Translations under genes and position numbers: made by a program | DNA from: a virus | DNA: 64,000 nucleotides | IMG/VR virus record: IMGVR_UViG_3300031673_008942 | Coordinates: 49,637-113,636 of that record | Strand: one strand, 5' to 3' | Shown here: positions 38,320-49,040 of the stretch, one piece after another | Position numbering within the stretch: position 1 is the stretch's first letter | Layout: every line of letters starts with the position of its first letter | Notes under the pieces: generated by a model | Database searches by the model: none | What the model saw: only the letters and a program-made list of their open reading frames with translations | What the model was told of the DNA's origin: nothing

Positions 38320-39029
38320 AGGGAATAATTTTAGCGGGTGGTACAGGGTCTCGTTTAATGCCATTGACCAAGGTTACGAATAAGCACTTATTGCCGATTG
38401 GTGGCAAGCCTATGTTGCAACATTGTGTAGATAAACTTGTTGGAGCAAATGTTGACGAGATAATGGTTGTTACAGGGGGCGAGCACATCGGTCATATTGC
38501 TGAGTTCCTTGGAAGTGGTAAGGATTTTGATTGCAATGTGACTTATCGCATTCAGGATAGGGCAGGCGGTATTGCGGAGGCTTTAGGGTTGGCGAGAGGG
38601 TTTATCTCTAAGGGCGAAAGCATGATAGTTTTATTGGGTGATAACGTCTTTGAGGATGAGCTTTCAGATTTTGTTATGTTCCATGAATTGAATGGAGGGG
38701 CTACCTTGATGTTGAAGGAGGTGGATGACCCTGAGCGTTTTGGAGTAGCTGAGATTGATGGCAAGAACCATGTTCTTTCTATTGAGGAAAAGCCAGATAG
38801 TCCTAAGAGTAATATGGCGGTGACGGGTATTTATTGTTATGACGATAATGTTTTTGACTATATTGATGGTCTGACTCCAAGTGAAAGAAACGAGTTGGAG
38901 ATAACGGATGTTAATAATATGTACGTCAAAGATGGAAGAGTTAATTTTATGAAGTTTAATGGGTGGTGGACGGATGCAGGAACTCATGAGAGTTATGCTA
39001 AGGCAAATGAACTAATAAGAGGAAAATGA
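38316..39029 (+). CDS. rmlA: glucose-1-phosphate thymidylyltransferase (short RmlA/SpsI type)
   Basis: 'GIILAGGTGSRL.PLT...NKHLLPI', 'LGDN', 'EEKP', 'ELEITD', 'WTDAGT'. Confidence 0.93.
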   Translation: MKGIILAGGTGSRLMPLTKVTNKHLLPIGGKPMLQHCVDKLVGANVDEIMVVTGGEHIGHIAEFLGSGKDFDCNVTYRIQDRAGGIAEALGLARGFISKGESMIVLLGDNVFEDELSDFVMFHELNGGATLMLKEVDDPERFGVAEIDGKNHVLSIEEKPDSPKSNMAVTGIYCYDDNVFDYIDGLTPSERNELEITDVNNMYVKDGRVNFMKFNGWWTDAGTHESYAKANELIRGK

Positions 39030-39664
39030 AAATGGAAATATTAAAGTTATTAGATGATTATGTGCCCACTGCTACGAGCACAGAGAGCGTTGTCAGAATG
39101 CAATTGGAGCGTCCTGTTAAGGGTGAAGATGGTAATATCGGTGATTGGAAGAAAGAGGATGTTAATGCACGTTTCTTACATGGAGCAATTGGGCTTGTTA
39201 CAGAAACGGGAGAGCTTGAGGAGTCAATATATAAAGCGAAATGGAACAAGGAAAAATGGGACACCGTGAATGTCATAGAGGAATGTGGTGACGTGATTTG
39301 GTATCTGGCTATCGTTGTAGATTCGCTTGGGTTATCTTTTGTAGGCTTGGATGTTCAAAGTGCATGGATTGATAAAAATATTGCGATTAGCAGGATGATT
39401 ATATCGGCAGACCAAATTATTGACAAGGCAAAGAGAAATATCTTTTATGGAAAGCCTCTTGAAGAGGATGCTGTAAAGAGAGAACTCGGAAATCTAATTG
39501 GAGCTATGGATTGTTTATGCAAGCATGCTGATGGAAGTATCGAGCAGGCGATTGACAAGGTTACTTATAAGCTTACGAAGGTTCGCTTTAAGGATGGTTT
39601 TAATCAGGAAGATGCCTACAATCGTGATTTGAAAGAAGAGCGTGATGCACTAGAAAGCAAGTAA
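39026..39664 (+). CDS. MazG-like all-alpha NTP pyrophosphatase
   Basis: 'GLVTETGEL', 'EECGDVIWYL', duplicated second motif 'RELGNL'. Confidence 0.8.
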   Translation: MKMEILKLLDDYVPTATSTESVVRMQLERPVKGEDGNIGDWKKEDVNARFLHGAIGLVTETGELEESIYKAKWNKEKWDTVNVIEECGDVIWYLAIVVDSLGLSFVGLDVQSAWIDKNIAISRMIISADQIIDKAKRNIFYGKPLEEDAVKRELGNLIGAMDCLCKHADGSIEQAIDKVTYKLTKVRFKDGFNQEDAYNRDLKEERDALESK

Positions 39665-39692
39665 AATTAACTTATAGGAAGATTATTTTACA

Positions 39693-40394
39693 ATGAATGG
39701 TATAAGCATATGCGTTCTTACATATAATGTATTGTTTTATAACAAGTTGCAACTTAAACAAGTGCGTGAGCTTACTCGCTTAATGCCTTATGAGTTGATA
39801 TTTTATGATAATGGCAGCACTGATGGGTCGGTTGAATATCTGGAGTCTCAGGAAGATGTGAGGCTTATTAAGGGTACGAATAATTCACTGAGGCATGGTG
39901 AGGCACTTGATGTATTGGCAAAAGAGTCTAAATATCCTATTACGTGTACTTTAGATTCTGATGCTTTCCCTATGAGTCCAGATTGGCTCACGCCTGCTTT
40001 TTTCTTGGATGATGATTGTGTGCTTGCTGGTATTGATAGAGGATGGGGCAGGCAGTTCCATCATTATGTGTGCCCTTCTTATCTGTTTGGATGGACTGAT
40101 TGGATAAAGAAGCATACGTTCGCTGATACGTGGCCGACGGCTGATACTGGAGAATTGATGGGTAAGGCATGCGTTGAAGAGGGAAAGCACCAGAAGCTGT
40201 GGAAATATAGTTGTACCGACTGGGGGGATAAATTTAAATCAAATAAACCGAATAACTATAATGGATGGGTTTGGCATACTTGGTGGGGAGGTCGTTCCAA
40301 ATCTATTCCTGGATTGGCTGGTGATGAATTTGAGGTTGATTATCACGATTATGTTGAAAATATGTTAAGAAGAAAGTTTAATTTGGATTTTTAG
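39693..40394 (+). CDS. GT2 glycosyltransferase
   Basis: 'YDNGSTDGS', 'TLDSDAFP', 'DTG'. Confidence 0.85.
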   Translation: MNGISICVLTYNVLFYNKLQLKQVRELTRLMPYELIFYDNGSTDGSVEYLESQEDVRLIKGTNNSLRHGEALDVLAKESKYPITCTLDSDAFPMSPDWLTPAFFLDDDCVLAGIDRGWGRQFHHYVCPSYLFGWTDWIKKHTFADTWPTADTGELMGKACVEEGKHQKLWKYSCTDWGDKFKSNKPNNYNGWVWHTWWGGRSKSIPGLAGDEFEVDYHDYVENMLRRKFNLDF

Positions 40395-40403
40395 GAGGTT
40401 TTT

Positions 40404-41336
40404 ATGAATGCCGTGTTGTTGCCTTTAACGGAAGAATGGGTTGTTGCTGAGATGGTTGGCAAAAAATTAAGTGTTGGCATCAATAATCTTCCCACTCCTG
40501 ATGTGGAGATAATGGGTTTTGCGATTCTTGGTGATGGGGGTTCTATGGAATCTGACGTGGCTTCCAAATGGGAGGTGACAGATAGCGTTTTGGAGCTTCA
40601 GGATGAGAGAGGTAAGGTAATTTACCGATTTAGTGGAGCTCTGGCTTCTAATGGAAGTCTATTTTTGAGTGGGGATTCTCTGAGGGATGCGAGCTTGAAT
40701 GGTTTCACTCGGACGATTATGTATCCTTTTGTTTCAGTTGGGGATAATTTTGGAGTATTGGTTAGCTCTCATGCCGACTATTACCAGAATGGGCCGGTAG
40801 ATTTATTGATTACATCATTGATTCGCCATGGTATATCTGAAGAACGTATTCGAGTGGTGGTGGCAGGAAGCAGGGATGATAGCGAAGAGGAACAGCCTGG
40901 ACACCTTCACATAGAGGGTAATCATTTTGGATTTAGCGGATTGAGTGGGTTGGATGATTCTTATCCATATTGGATGCTGTTGCATGATACCTGTGAGGTA
41001 ATGGGTGATTTTAAGGAGAAGTCTTCTTTGATAGATGTCGGATTGAATTATGATTCAATTCTTTTCACTCCAGAGAAGCATAATGGGGTGGGTTTATATC
41101 GAACTGATTTTGTAAATGAAATTAATTGGAGTGAGGTAAGAGGAGACCGATTATTTGACCACATAAAGAATTCATCTAAGCTGAGAATGTTATTGGGAGG
41201 TCGTGCGAATAGTGGTATGGCTTCGCAAGGGAAAAGAGATGTGTATGGAAATGGAACTCTGAGGAAGGTGTTCTATTTAGAAAGTATTGGTATAAAGAAA
41301 TATTCGTCGGATTCATTGACGGTAAAGGCTCCATAA
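40404..41336 (+). CDS. hypothetical protein with C-terminal GT-A-like domain
   Basis: 'WMLLHDTC' resembles a GT-A DxD-type strand; located in the GT island. Confidence 0.5.
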   Translation: MNAVLLPLTEEWVVAEMVGKKLSVGINNLPTPDVEIMGFAILGDGGSMESDVASKWEVTDSVLELQDERGKVIYRFSGALASNGSLFLSGDSLRDASLNGFTRTIMYPFVSVGDNFGVLVSSHADYYQNGPVDLLITSLIRHGISEERIRVVVAGSRDDSEEEQPGHLHIEGNHFGFSGLSGLDDSYPYWMLLHDTCEVMGDFKEKSSLIDVGLNYDSILFTPEKHNGVGLYRTDFVNEINWSEVRGDRLFDHIKNSSKLRMLLGGRANSGMASQGKRDVYGNGTLRKVFYLESIGIKKYSSDSLTVKAP

Positions 41337-41756
41337 ATGGTGGTTACTTGTAATGGTTGTTTTGATGTGTTGCATTCGGGGCATTTATTTTTTCTTGGGT
41401 ATGCATTGAGTCGAGGTACATCTCTTGTTGTGGGTATCAATTCTGATGATTATATTCGTCGAACTAAGCGTCTTGATTTTATTCCTCAAGAAATTCGTCG
41501 GGAAAATCTCTTAAGTTTGGGCTTTATAAAGACTGTAGAGATTTTTGAGGAGGATTCTCCAATAGAGTTTATTCGTAGAATTCGTCCTAATATTCACTGT
41601 ACAGGTGTAGAATATAGTGAAAACTGTGCAGAGACCCAAGTATGTGATGAGTTGGGTATAGAACTCGTATTTATTCCACGAGTTGGCGACTGGTCTACAA
41701 CTTCAATAAGAGAGAAGCAGAATGCAGGAAACGACAAAGGCTTACCTGAGACGTAA
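41337..41756 (+). CDS. RfaE/HldE-domain-II / TagD-like nucleotidyltransferase
   Basis: 'NGCFDVLHSGH', 'VGINSD', 'R..NL', 'STTSI'. Confidence 0.9.
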   Translation: MVVTCNGCFDVLHSGHLFFLGYALSRGTSLVVGINSDDYIRRTKRLDFIPQEIRRENLLSLGFIKTVEIFEEDSPIEFIRRIRPNIHCTGVEYSENCAETQVCDELGIELVFIPRVGDWSTTSIREKQNAGNDKGLPET

Positions 41757-43707
41757 GAATGATAAATTTTGGGACAGAGTTTTCAAGGGTAATGGTATTG
41801 ACATAGGCTCTGGAGATGACCCGTTTAAAGAAGAATGGTTTACTGGTATTAAATCTATCAAGCCTTTTGACTTAGAGGATGGGGATGCTCAATTCTTATC
41901 TCGGTATGTAGGTTCTGAATCCTTTGACTTCGTACATAGTTCGAATTGTTTAGAGCATATGCATGACCCTGTGGGAGCTCTTTCGGAATGGTGCGAGGTT
42001 CTTAAGCCAAATGGATATTTGGTTTTTACAGTTCCTGATGAAGATTTATACGAGCAGGGTATTTTCCCTTCGAGATGGAATGGAGACCATAAAGTAAGCT
42101 TTACGATATGGAAGAATGATTCTTGGTGTGATAAGTCTATGAATATTTCTGAGCTTGTTTCTCAGGTTCCGGGAATGCAGGTAAAAAAGATTGAACTTGT
42201 TGATACTAATTATGATTATTCCAGAAAGAATTATGACCAGACTTACCATTCGAATGCGGAATGTTTCATTGAGGTGGTGCTTTGGAAGAATCCGGTATTG
42301 GCTTATGAGAGAGTGGGGACAAAAGAGATTGAGAGAACGTTCAAACATAGTGGGGCTCGTGGTGATTTGATTTATGGATTATGTGCGATGAAGGCACTTG
42401 GAGGTGGAGAGCTGTATATTAATCTTGATGCCAAACATCATTATGTAGGAGTGGGAATTGATGAGAATGATGTGAAGTGGTTTAAGGAGCTTTTAATATC
42501 TCATGATTACGTGGATGATGTCCAAGTTTGGGATGGCCGAGATGTTGGATACGATTTGGATAATTTCAGAGATTTTGATATTGATGCCAATTTGTTGAGC
42601 TGGTCTCATCTTAATCGTTTCAAGGCAGAGGCAGATTTGAGTTTGCCTTGGTTGGAGATGGATAAGATTCCTAAAATTTATGAAGGGGATATCGTTATTT
42701 CTCGAAGTGCGAGATATCATGGTTTCTTGGATTGGGGCGAATTAAAGGGATGGGAGGATAGATGTGTGTTTATTGGTATGCAGGAAGAGTGGGAGGATTT
42801 TAGAAAGAATGTAGGGCTTCATATTCAGTATCGTCCCGTTTCGAGTTATATAGAGATGGCAGGAATTATAGCTGCCTCGAAGCTGTTTATCGGAAATCAG
42901 TCTTTCCCCTATAGTTTGGCAGAAGCGATGAAGGCAAATCGAGTTTTAGAGGTATGCATCTCTTGTCCTAACTGTGACCCTCAAAGTGATAATGGACATG
43001 TAAGATTGACTCAGAATATTCTTAATCACTATGTGGTTAAAGAGAGGGAACTGAAAGAATTTGAGAAAGAGACTCGTAGTCATAATCCTTGGAAGTTGAG
43101 CAAGGTTAGGGTGCCAGTAATGCAGAAGCCCGGTTTATGGGAAAGGATAAAATCCCCTCAGCAGTTGAAAGACCGTCCCTTGGTGAGCGTTGTGGTTTGT
43201 GCTCTGATAGGTAAAGAGGATGATATTCAATTTATGGATAAAAATATTAATGATTGTGACTTGATTAAGTTTTTACAGAAAGATAGGGATTTGGAGGAGT
43301 CTGTTATTGCGATGGGAACGATTAAAACATTAGCCACTAATATTAATAATGCAGCTTTACTGGCGAACGGTGATTATATTGCGATTGTGGATGCAAATAC
43401 TACTCTTTCCCCTGGATGGTCAAGTGATATGAGAGATTGCTTTGTGGATGAGAGCGTAGGAATTGTTGGTACTGAACGTTCTTTCAAAAAAACTCCTCAT
43501 ATGAAATTTGGGTGTTTGATGATTGCGAGAAGGGCCTATGAGGCATGTGGATTATTTTCAACAAAAATTGATGATTGGAATGAGCAGGCTTTAGACTTGG
43601 CAGTGAGATATGGGAAACAGGGATATGGTTCTCGACAATCTTCGGACCGGTCTATTGAGATTAGCTCTCATATAAAAGAGTACTATGAGGTCAAAAATGA
43701 TTATTAA
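41722..43707 (+). CDS. SAM methyltransferase + GT9-like + degenerate GT2 fusion
   Basis: 'GIDIGSG', 'HSSNCLEHM'; 'HSGARGDLIY', 'SKLFIGNQS..YSLAEAM'; 'PLVSVVV'...'YIAIVDA'. Confidence 0.8.
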   Translation: MQETTKAYLRRKNDKFWDRVFKGNGIDIGSGDDPFKEEWFTGIKSIKPFDLEDGDAQFLSRYVGSESFDFVHSSNCLEHMHDPVGALSEWCEVLKPNGYLVFTVPDEDLYEQGIFPSRWNGDHKVSFTIWKNDSWCDKSMNISELVSQVPGMQVKKIELVDTNYDYSRKNYDQTYHSNAECFIEVVLWKNPVLAYERVGTKEIERTFKHSGARGDLIYGLCAMKALGGGELYINLDAKHHYVGVGIDENDVKWFKELLISHDYVDDVQVWDGRDVGYDLDNFRDFDIDANLLSWSHLNRFKAEADLSLPWLEMDKIPKIYEGDIVISRSARYHGFLDWGELKGWEDRCVFIGMQEEWEDFRKNVGLHIQYRPVSSYIEMAGIIAASKLFIGNQSFPYSLAEAMKANRVLEVCISCPNCDPQSDNGHVRLTQNILNHYVVKERELKEFEKETRSHNPWKLSKVRVPVMQKPGLWERIKSPQQLKDRPLVSVVVCALIGKEDDIQFMDKNINDCDLIKFLQKDRDLEESVIAMGTIKTLATNINNAALLANGDYIAIVDANTTLSPGWSSDMRDCFVDESVGIVGTERSFKKTPHMKFGCLMIARRAYEACGLFSTKIDDWNEQALDLAVRYGKQGYGSRQSSDRSIEISSHIKEYYEVKNDY

Positions 43708-44431
43708 ACTGTCGGGTGGCTTAGATAGGGTTTTGATGTTAGCTCCGGTATTGCGTGAGTATAAATTTAGAAATCCTTATGAGAAGATTTATTTTGAGAC
43801 TGACTATCCTTTGTTCACTTGTGAGGAGGCAGATAAGGCAGCGGTGTTTATTGACCGAAAAGATGAGTCTGTCTTGGTGTTGGATATTTTTAATGAAATT
43901 TCTGAGGATATGCATATTATGGACTTATATGCGAGTATAATTTTGGGAGATACTCGGATTCGGAATAGGATGATTGATAATATCCCTTATTTAAATAATC
44001 TCAGAAAGGTGGCTTCCCCTAATATTGTTATTGATTCACGTTTTGTTAAAATGGTCCCTGACTTGGAGAAGTACGGAAAAGTAGAGGTGGCAGAATATCA
44101 TAACAGTGGTTTGGATAATATCCTTTTTATAGGTTATGATGATGACCTTTCTTATCTGGCAATGACTTCGAATACTCCCATGATAATGATATTTGACAAA
44201 AGGTCTCCCAAGTATGTAAGGCCTTTTAGGAAGAATATCTTTTTTGAAGCAATAGAACCATCTTATGAGGTATGCTCGTCGGCTCCATTTTGTTTACGTA
44301 AGAATGGATTGATTGAGTTTAAAAATGTATATGGGGTTAAGTGTGATAATGAGACTCCTTTTGCCTGTGAGAATTATGTGACTTATGAGATGGTTATGGA
44401 GTCGGTGAAAAGGATATTACATGAATGTTGA
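43697..44431 (+). CDS. degenerate GT9-like protein
   Basis: 'GGLDRVLMLAPVLREYK', 'LFIGYDDDLSYLAM..NTPMIMIF', C-terminal Cys cluster. Confidence 0.55.
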   Translation: MIIKLSGGLDRVLMLAPVLREYKFRNPYEKIYFETDYPLFTCEEADKAAVFIDRKDESVLVLDIFNEISEDMHIMDLYASIILGDTRIRNRMIDNIPYLNNLRKVASPNIVIDSRFVKMVPDLEKYGKVEVAEYHNSGLDNILFIGYDDDLSYLAMTSNTPMIMIFDKRSPKYVRPFRKNIFFEAIEPSYEVCSSAPFCLRKNGLIEFKNVYGVKCDNETPFACENYVTYEMVMESVKRILHEC

Positions 44432-45182
44432 CTGGGAGTATAATTCAGTCAGCGTTGTCTTGGCTTCTTATAATCAAGTGAGAACATTGCCCTTAGTATT
44501 GGAATCTCTTAACCGACAATACTGCCCACCTATTGAGGTTATTGTGAGCGACGATGGCTCGACAGATGAGACTATTGATTATTTGGATACTATTCCTGAT
44601 GATAAGTTTAATTTTGATTTGCGTTATGTGTTGGGTAAGCATGTTGGTTATAATTTGGTTGGGGTTAATAATAGAGGGTCTGCCCAGGCAAAAGGCTATC
44701 GTATTCTCTTTACTAATTCAGATATAATTCACTCCCCAAGCTCGGTTTGTTCGCATGGTAGCTTGGGTCCAGAGTATATTGGAGGGGGTTTTATAAATGG
44801 CATATCTCTTCCTATGTCAAATGAGGTAAAGCTTAAGGATGTGGAGAATTTTGGTATTGTGGAGGATATGAGTAGGAGATTTCCTCCTAAAATGACTAAC
44901 ATTGATTATTTCAGAGGGCCGGCAGAGGCTGGGTTTTATGGCGTATGGGGTGGAAATTATTCTGTCCCAAAATGGATGTGGAAGGCGATTAATGGTTTCA
45001 ACGAAGGGTATAAAATGCTATATGGCGGAGAGGAAGCTGATTTTATTCAGCGTTCTCGTAAGATTGCCGGTGCCAAAGTAGAATGGGCTAAGGATTCAGA
45101 GTCTTTTCATTTGGAGCACGAGCCAAGGACATATAGGAAATTAGCGAAAGGCAATGACAAATATAGGAAAGAGTATTTATGA
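44421..45182 (+). CDS. GT2 / GT7C-like glycosyltransferase (paralog group B)
   Basis: 'SDDGSTD', 'ILFTNSD', 'WGGNYS', 'NGFNEGY..YGGEEADF'. Confidence 0.85.
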   Translation: MNVDWEYNSVSVVLASYNQVRTLPLVLESLNRQYCPPIEVIVSDDGSTDETIDYLDTIPDDKFNFDLRYVLGKHVGYNLVGVNNRGSAQAKGYRILFTNSDIIHSPSSVCSHGSLGPEYIGGGFINGISLPMSNEVKLKDVENFGIVEDMSRRFPPKMTNIDYFRGPAEAGFYGVWGGNYSVPKWMWKAINGFNEGYKMLYGGEEADFIQRSRKIAGAKVEWAKDSESFHLEHEPRTYRKLAKGNDKYRKEYL

Positions 45183-45589
45183 ACACTATAAAAATATCCT
45201 CCTCTAATAAGGAAGCTCGTTTGCCTGATGGTAATCCTTTCAAGTTTTATGTTTTAGATGACATAAAGATTTATGGTAGCGAGTCAACGGTTATCCCTGT
45301 GGGTTATACTTTTGACGTTGGTAGGTCTCACACTCTTATTGTTGAGTCTTTAAGACCTGACTTGATAATAGTTGACTATGTGAAATTGGTCGATGAGATT
45401 GGGATTGTAGTTCAGGCAGTGGAATATCTTCAGGTTGAGCTGAATAAGGATGAGCCATTTGCTACAGGGAGGATTGTCGAAACTCCTCTTGTTAAGTTGA
45501 GGTTTGCGGTATTTAATGAAGAGAATAAGCGTAAAATATTTGGAGGAGTATCTAAAATTGAAAATAGTGATTCAAAAACAGACCAGTAG
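45179..45589 (+). CDS. dUTPase-fold-like protein lacking catalytic motifs
   Basis: N-terminal 'ARLP...FYV..DIKI...STVIPVG' layout of trimeric dUTPases; no RSG / GxID motifs. Confidence 0.35.
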   Translation: MNTIKISSSNKEARLPDGNPFKFYVLDDIKIYGSESTVIPVGYTFDVGRSHTLIVESLRPDLIIVDYVKLVDEIGIVVQAVEYLQVELNKDEPFATGRIVETPLVKLRFAVFNEENKRKIFGGVSKIENSDSKTDQ

Positions 45590-46343
45590 TCCAGAGTCTT
45601 CATTCATAGAGAAGACATTGGAAGATGCTGTGGTCTTCAATCAATATGAGAAATTGGCTCATTGCGAATATTATGATGTGGCTGTGTGTCTTGGACCTGT
45701 AAGGCAACGTCCAAGAGCTAAAAAATCTATTCTCTTTGTTTTTGGAGAGACTATGTTGCATCATGACCTAGAGTGGGACTTGGTGGTGGTTACATGCCGA
45801 AAAGCATTTAAGAATGCGATGAGGGTTTTTGGCCATAAGTGTAAAGTTGTTATTGCCGCTCCTGCATTGGCTGATTTACATATGGGGCAAAGACGTATTG
45901 TAGGTCAAAACCGATTTGGGCTGTATGCAGGAGCAAGAATATTTAAAGATGTTGTGTATCAAATGAACCTGTGGGATAATTCTAATCACATAGATTTGCA
46001 GACATTTAATATTAAATCTAGAGTTCCGGGAATGGAATGTGCTCTTAATATTGAGATTTATAATAGTTTGGAGTTTAACAGCTTGGTGAGAGGGGGAGCA
46101 GTCGGCATTTACCCTTCTTGTATGGATGATGGATATGATATTCAGGTTAGAAGGCATTTGGCCCTTGGTGGGGCTGTGGCATGCCCTAAGGATGCGGAAG
46201 TGATTGGAGAATTAGTGGATGTTGTTTATGACATTAATGATGTCATTCATTTTGAAAAGGTTGAAAGGAGAGAAGGTAGATTGGAAGAAGTGGCTTCAAT
46301 CTCTTTATATTCTGACCTAATAAAAGAAATAGTAGGCTTATAG
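45504..46343 (+). CDS. hypothetical protein, possible divergent GT-B
   Basis: 'GIYPSCMDDGYDI....LALGGAVAC' resembles GT4 'PS..EGF....EA..G.PV'; true start may be downstream (~45558-45567). Confidence 0.45.
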   Translation: MRYLMKRISVKYLEEYLKLKIVIQKQTSSPESSFIEKTLEDAVVFNQYEKLAHCEYYDVAVCLGPVRQRPRAKKSILFVFGETMLHHDLEWDLVVVTCRKAFKNAMRVFGHKCKVVIAAPALADLHMGQRRIVGQNRFGLYAGARIFKDVVYQMNLWDNSNHIDLQTFNIKSRVPGMECALNIEIYNSLEFNSLVRGGAVGIYPSCMDDGYDIQVRRHLALGGAVACPKDAEVIGELVDVVYDINDVIHFEKVERREGRLEEVASISLYSDLIKEIVGL

Positions 46344-47558
46344 ATGGCAGGGAATTTACCAATAGTATGTATATTTGGAGTGGAGAATATTGAACTTGAG
46401 TCCTTGGGACCGGTTGCTCATTTTGAGACAACAAAATTAGATTGTCGGTGTTATCTCACTGATGATAATCTCCATTCTATTCTGGCAAAGGTGAGACCTG
46501 ATGTGATTGTGAGTTTTGGAGAAATGTTAGATTTCCCCAATTTGACTAATTCTCAGTATGATGTTCGTAAAAGGTGGATTAATTTTGAAGATACCCAAGG
46601 GCTAGCAGATAAAGGCATGAAAACTTTTTGGTGCTATATCAGGAATGCGGTTGAAGAGCAAAAAGATTTTCCATTGGTTAGTGTTTTTACGCCTGCTTAT
46701 AAAACCGGTGATAAGATAATGCGTCCGTATCATTCTCTTATTGCCCAGACGTATTCGAACTGGGAGTGGGTTATTATTGATGATTCTGATGATGATGGGG
46801 AAACATGGGAGATGCTTCAAGCCCTCTCTAATAAGGATGGGCGTATTCGTATAATTCGAGAGAAAGCTCATTGTGGAGTTATTGGGAAACTTAAGAGACT
46901 GGCATGTAAAATGTCTGAGGGAGAGTATTTGGTAGAGCTAGACCATGACGATGAGTTGCTTCCTCATGCATTGGACTATGTTGTAAAGGCATATCAAAAA
47001 TATCCTGAGGTCGGCTTTGTATATACGGATTTTGCAGAATCTTTTGAGGATGGTAGTGTGGTGACTTATGGCGACAATTGGGGGTTTGGCTATGGAAGCT
47101 ATCGTGAGGAAAGGCACAATGGAGTGAAGTATATGGTGGTTAATGCACCTAATATTAATCCTAAGACCATTCGACACATTGTAGCAGCTCCTAATCATAT
47201 TCGGTCATGGAGGGCGACATCTTATTGGGAGATTGGTGGACATTCCTCCAGGATTCATGTAGCAGATGATTACGAGATAATGGTGAGGACATTTTTAGGT
47301 ACTCGAATGTGTCGAGTACCTCGTATGTGCTATATCCAATATCGCAATGAAGGCGGAAATACCCACAAAGTTAGGAATCAAGAGATTCAGAGATTGGTGA
47401 GGTATTTTTCCAATTGGTATAATGAGGCTATTCATCAACGTTTTATTCAGTTAGGGGTGAATGACTTTGTTTATGAAGGCGACAAGACTTGGATTAATTT
47501 GAATCAGGTCATTAACCCTAAAGAGGAACCTCATTGTACGATACTGGCAGATATTTGA
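46344..47558 (+). CDS. GT2 glycosyltransferase
   Basis: 'LVSVFTPAY', 'WEWVIIDDS', 'ELDHDD', 'ADDYE'. Confidence 0.9.
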   Translation: MAGNLPIVCIFGVENIELESLGPVAHFETTKLDCRCYLTDDNLHSILAKVRPDVIVSFGEMLDFPNLTNSQYDVRKRWINFEDTQGLADKGMKTFWCYIRNAVEEQKDFPLVSVFTPAYKTGDKIMRPYHSLIAQTYSNWEWVIIDDSDDDGETWEMLQALSNKDGRIRIIREKAHCGVIGKLKRLACKMSEGEYLVELDHDDELLPHALDYVVKAYQKYPEVGFVYTDFAESFEDGSVVTYGDNWGFGYGSYREERHNGVKYMVVNAPNINPKTIRHIVAAPNHIRSWRATSYWEIGGHSSRIHVADDYEIMVRTFLGTRMCRVPRMCYIQYRNEGGNTHKVRNQEIQRLVRYFSNWYNEAIHQRFIQLGVNDFVYEGDKTWINLNQVINPKEEPHCTILADI

Positions 47559-47559
47559 T

Positions 47560-48399
47560 ATGGCAAAATATGTAATAACTTTAGTGGGAGGGATTGGTAA
47601 TATAATCCAAACTACTCCTTTTATGCTTTGGCTGAGGTCTCAAGGGCATGAAGTATATGGAAAGGCTGATAAGAATTCTTATAGCCTTGAATCGTGCGAA
47701 TTGGTGTCATGTGCATATGATGAGTTGATTCAAGATGGAGAGATGATAGAAGGCGCTATTGATAAGGGTAATCTTCTATGTAGTCCTTTTAAGAGTGCTG
47801 TAAAGAAAATGCCTGAGTGGGAAGCTTGGTTCAGGTGGCATAAATTTGAGGTCCCTGAGACAGTGGAGACTAGAACTAATAAAGATAGTGATTTCTCATT
47901 GGGCTTTGATATGGTTTTAGCTCCCACAGGAAAGCCTTCTTGGCCAATGAAAAGGTGGCCATATTGGCAGGAATTAATTTACAAGTTGCCGGGTTGTGCT
48001 GTTGTCGGATTAGAGGGAGATGGGGGGAATCTTGATGGTGACTTTCATGATTATCGAGGGAAGCTCTCTTTGGGACAGGCAGCTAGTTTTTTTGCCAATT
48101 CTAAAATAGTGATTGCAGAGGAAGGGGGGATGAGTCATCTGTCTTGTGCCCAAGGGACCAGAACATTGATTTTATTTGGTGGGACAGACCCTTTGAAAAA
48201 TTTACCTCCTCATAATGGTATAGTCGTAAAGACAAATAAATTATTTGACTGCCAGCCATGCCAATTGAAAGGACTTCTCCATAGAACGGGAAAGGGCCAG
48301 AATACTACTTACCATGGATGTCATCCTAATGATAAAATAGATGGATATTCAAGATGTATGCATAGTTTAAATTTAAACAATGTGCTGGGACTCTTGTAA
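47560..48399 (+). CDS. GT9 (heptosyltransferase-like) glycosyltransferase
   Basis: 'GGIGNII', 'KRWPYW', 'GKLSL', 'EEGGMSHL...GTRTLILFGGT', 'CQPC'. Confidence 0.85.
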   Translation: MAKYVITLVGGIGNIIQTTPFMLWLRSQGHEVYGKADKNSYSLESCELVSCAYDELIQDGEMIEGAIDKGNLLCSPFKSAVKKMPEWEAWFRWHKFEVPETVETRTNKDSDFSLGFDMVLAPTGKPSWPMKRWPYWQELIYKLPGCAVVGLEGDGGNLDGDFHDYRGKLSLGQAASFFANSKIVIAEEGGMSHLSCAQGTRTLILFGGTDPLKNLPPHNGIVVKTNKLFDCQPCQLKGLLHRTGKGQNTTYHGCHPNDKIDGYSRCMHSLNLNNVLGLL

Positions 48400-49040
48400 T
48401 GGTCATCTATACAGCGATTTTTGGCGATTATGATATTCTTCGTGAGGGGGAGCATAAAGGAAGGAAAGTTATTTTTACAGATAGGGAGCAGGAAGTTACT
48501 TCTTGGGAGGTTGTTCGGTGTGCCTCGGAGTTTGAAGACAGTACTCGAAGTGCTAGGCAGAAGAAGATATTATCTCATATCGTCTTCCCAGATGAGGATT
48601 ATGTAGTGTGGATGGACGGCTCTTTGGAGATGAAAATTGATTTTAATGAAGATATTTTAGAGTCTTTATTAGGCAGGTATGATATGGCTTTATATCCTCA
48701 TAAATATCGTAGTTGTATTTACCAGGAGGCACGAGCGTGCAAAGATAGAAATAAGGATGACCATAATATTATTAATGCTCAAATGAAACGGTACAGGGAA
48801 GATGGGTATCCACCAGGGATTGGACTTGCAGAGACTGGTTTCCTTATCAGGAGGAATACCCAACAGGTGAAGGAGTTTAATGAGATGTGGTGGAGTGAGG
48901 TTCAAAAAGGAAGCCGTAGAGACCAATTGAGTTTTAATTATTGTCTATGGAAGTTGGGTACGAAGGTTCGGCTGATTAGACCAGGTGATGTTTATGGTAA
49001 TAATTATTTTTGTTGGGTTCGACACCCAAAGAAGGCATGA
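48399..49040 (+). CDS. DUF616 (TOD1/MUCI70-like) glycosyltransferase, copy 1
   Basis: 'IYTAIFGDYD', 'KILSH..FP', 'WMDG', 'H..R.CIYQEA', 'RDQLSFNY'. Confidence 0.85.
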   Translation: MVIYTAIFGDYDILREGEHKGRKVIFTDREQEVTSWEVVRCASEFEDSTRSARQKKILSHIVFPDEDYVVWMDGSLEMKIDFNEDILESLLGRYDMALYPHKYRSCIYQEARACKDRNKDDHNIINAQMKRYREDGYPPGIGLAETGFLIRRNTQQVKEFNEMWWSEVQKGSRRDQLSFNYCLWKLGTKVRLIRPGDVYGNNYFCWVRHPKKA